Sequence record: AF039872.1
Direction: 5' to 3' (one strand)
Length of the DNA stretch: 861 bases
DNA from: a phage
The notes beneath the pieces are model-generated. The model did not search any database. It saw only the letters and a program-made list of their open reading frames with translations, and was not told where the DNA came from. Both the position numbers and the translations under genes were made by a program. The first letter of the stretch is position 1, and each line of letters starts with the position of its first letter. Below, in pieces: positions 1 to 861 of this stretch.

Positions 1-33
1 CTTGCATGCCTGCAGTCGACTCTAGAGGATCCC
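1..33. other. Cloning-vector polylinker (pUC/M13mp18/19-type multiple cloning site); not biological insert sequence
   Basis: Contiguous restriction sites in canonical pUC order: SphI gcatgc 4-9, PstI ctgcag 10-15, SalI gtcgac 15-20, XbaI tctaga 21-26, BamHI ggatcc 27-32. The string matches the pUC19 HindIII-to-BamHI polylinker from memory except for one missing G (canonical CTGCAGGTCGAC, here ctgcagtcgac). The insert appears to begin at the GATC within or just after the BamHI site (about nt 28-34), consistent with Sau3AI/BamHI-compatible cloning. Confidence 0.85.
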
Positions 34-34
34 G

Positions 35-616
35 TTAGATGAGATTATCTTTATAAAGGATAACAGTTACGTGTGTGGCACAAACTCTCAAATTTCTGGC
101 CAATCTCGTGTTGCTACTGTTATTGATTCTCTTGAGAAGCGTTCTAAGATGCTTAACTTTAAAGAGAAATTCCTCGATAACGGAACCGTGATTGGTCTTA
201 TTCTTGAGACGGATGAAATCCTGAACAAGAAATTGCGTGAGCGTAAACAAGAAGAATTACAACTCGATTATAATCCTAGTACGGGTCAGTCCTCTGTCCT
301 GATTCTAGATGGTGGTATGAAAGCTAAACCGTACTCCCAAATATCCTCTTTTAAAGATCTAGACTTTAAGGAAGACATAGAAGGGTTTAATAAATCTATT
401 TGTCTAGCCTTTGGAGTTCCGCAAGTACTGCTTGATGGTGGTAATAATGCGAATATTCGACCAAACATCGAATTGTTCTATTATATGACTATCATTCCTA
501 TGCTGAACAAACTGACTAGTTCTCTTACTTTCTTTTTTGGTTATAAGATCACTCCTAATACTAAGGGAAGTCGCAGCATTAACACCAAGATAAAGAAGCA
601 GAGGCTAAACATTTAA
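35..616 (+). CDS. Phage portal protein, 5'-truncated fragment (HK97-family-like portal motif block); true N-terminus lies outside the clone
   Basis: The frame of the 71..616 ORF is actually open from nt 26, running through the vector junction with no stop, so the GTG at 71 is an ORF-caller artefact and not a real start. The translation contains ...VLILDGGMKAKPYSQISSFKDLDFKEDIEGFNKSICLAFGVPQVLLDGGNNANIRPNIELFYYMTIIPMLNKL..., which matches the conserved '...kDlDF...ia.AFGVP..LLg...N.sN.e...' block I recall from tailed-phage portal proteins. The stop is TAA at 614-616. Family assignment is from memory and needs an HMM search. Confidence 0.7.
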   Translation, partial: LDEIIFIKDNSYVCGTNSQISGQSRVATVIDSLEKRSKMLNFKEKFLDNGTVIGLILETDEILNKKLRERKQEELQLDYNPSTGQSSVLILDGGMKAKPYSQISSFKDLDFKEDIEGFNKSICLAFGVPQVLLDGGNNANIRPNIELFYYMTIIPMLNKLTSSLTFFFGYKITPNTKGSRSINTKIKKQRLNI

Positions 617-698
617 CCTCAATGGGTAATAATGGTATTATAACCGGTAACGAAGCTCGTTCAAAGCTGAACTGGAGCCATTAGATGATGACAAATGA
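583..698 (+). other. Probable frame-shifted continuation of the portal C-terminus (frame 2 at 583-684, then frame 3 at 669-698); read error or pseudogenisation
   Basis: The frame open over 583-684 translates to HQDKEAEAKHLTSMGNNGIITGNEARSKLNWSH*. The frame over 669-698 translates to ELEPLDDDK* with TGA at 696-698. Joined, '...GIITGNEARSKLELEPLDDDK*' resembles the portal C-terminal signature 'G.iT.NE.R...L.L.P..GGD' as I recall it. The AFGVP-to-NEAR spacing is about 80 aa, which is plausible for this family. Each frame switch is consistent with a single missing base: one between about 540 and 583 (a T6 homopolymer lies at 533-538) and one near 667-672. Confidence 0.45.
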
Positions 699-777
699 AT
701 AAGATTCGTATCCTGCAACGTCGCTGGGTCCGCAACAAGTGTATCCGGTCAAAGAAGTGGGAGACCTAAGGTTCACC

Positions 778-784
778 GAGGGAG
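778..784 (+). promoter_or_regulatory. Shine-Dalgarno-like ribosome-binding site (GAGGGAG) for the downstream ORF
   Basis: Purine-rich GAGGGAG at 778-784, with 6 nt between GGAG (781-784) and the ATG at 791. This spacing is typical of low-GC Gram-positive bacteria and their phages. Confidence 0.35.
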
Positions 785-790
785 ATTAGA

Positions 791-861
791 ATGATGATTA
801 AGTGGGCTAAGGACAATTTTGGTGAAAACTACAGAATCCAAAGCTCCCTGCAACGGTGGCG
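791..861 (+). CDS. Possible 5' end of the next gene downstream of portal (hypothetical protein, 3'-partial, runs off the window)
   Basis: ATG at 791 preceded by the SD-like site; open frame to the window end translating MMIKWAKDNFGENYRIQSSLQRW.... Only 23 codons are visible and this is the presumed low-quality 3' end of a read, so both product and frame are uncertain. By synteny in HK97-like head modules a prohead protease or scaffold gene often follows portal, but the visible residues do not let me confirm this. Confidence 0.3.
   Translation, partial: MMIKWAKDNFGENYRIQSSLQRW

Noticed and set aside
71-73. GTG at 71 reported as the start codon of the 181-aa ORF
   Set aside because: The frame is open upstream to nt 26 with no stop, and the encoded region corresponds to the interior of a portal protein. 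The GTG start is an ORF-caller artefact and the true start lies outside the cloned fragment.
35-250. Minus-strand ORF of 71 aa
   Set aside because: It lies entirely antisense to the portal coding frame, has no recognisable domain signature or RBS, and is the kind of shadow ORF expected opposite an AT-rich coding region. Part of it overlaps the vector junction.
304-364. Clustered restriction sites in the insert (XbaI tctaga at 304-309 and 359-364, BglII agatct at 356-361) as possible further vector or linker sequence
   Set aside because: They fall within a continuous, protein-like open reading frame with a conserved portal motif. They are coincidental sites in an AT-rich gene, not polylinker.
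286-468. Minus-strand ORF of 60 aa
   Set aside because: It is antisense to the most conserved part of the portal CDS (the AFGVP block), with no independent support, so it is most likely spurious.
479-486. Promoter-like -10 element (tattatat) inside the portal CDS
   Set aside because: AT-rich hexamers resembling TATAAT are expected by composition in a ~35% GC coding region. There is no properly spaced -35 element and no downstream gene start.
622-684. Internal ATG at 622 as an independent small gene (MGNNGIITGNEARSKLNWSH)
   Set aside because: There is no SD upstream, and the peptide matches the conserved C-terminal portal motif, so it is better explained as a frameshifted continuation of the portal gene.
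699-790. Rho-independent terminator between portal and downstream ORF
   Set aside because: I could not find a GC-rich inverted repeat followed by a T-tract. Only short, imperfect complementarities are present.
1-861. Novel defence system, CRISPR array, RNA gene or mobile element
   Set aside because: I see no repeat-spacer architecture, no tRNA or rRNA-like structure, no terminal inverted repeats or transposase or integrase motifs, and no defence-associated domain signatures. The content is explained by vector plus a phage structural gene.

Overview
This 861-nt window looks like a single clone-end sequencing read, not native contiguous genome. Nt 1-33 are a pUC/M13mp18/19-type polylinker (SphI-PstI-SalI-XbaI-BamHI). 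The low-GC insert that follows (about 35% GC over nt 101-180) encodes on the + strand an internal-to-C-terminal fragment of a tailed-phage portal protein. Its frame is open from the cloning junction to TAA at 614-616 and carries the motif block SSFKDLDFKEDIEGFNKSICLAFGVPQVLLDGG. Portal-like C-terminal motifs continue downstream in two other frames (583-684 and 669-698), which two single-base dropouts or a genuinely frame-disrupted prophage gene would explain. The last ~160 nt are GC-richer (about 52% over 701-780) and hold a Shine-Dalgarno-like GAGGGAG plus an ATG at 791 that may start the next gene. I find no CRISPR array, RNA gene, mobile element or defence-system signature, and no support for a novel system here. 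Family and host assignments are from memory of motif patterns and need a database search.
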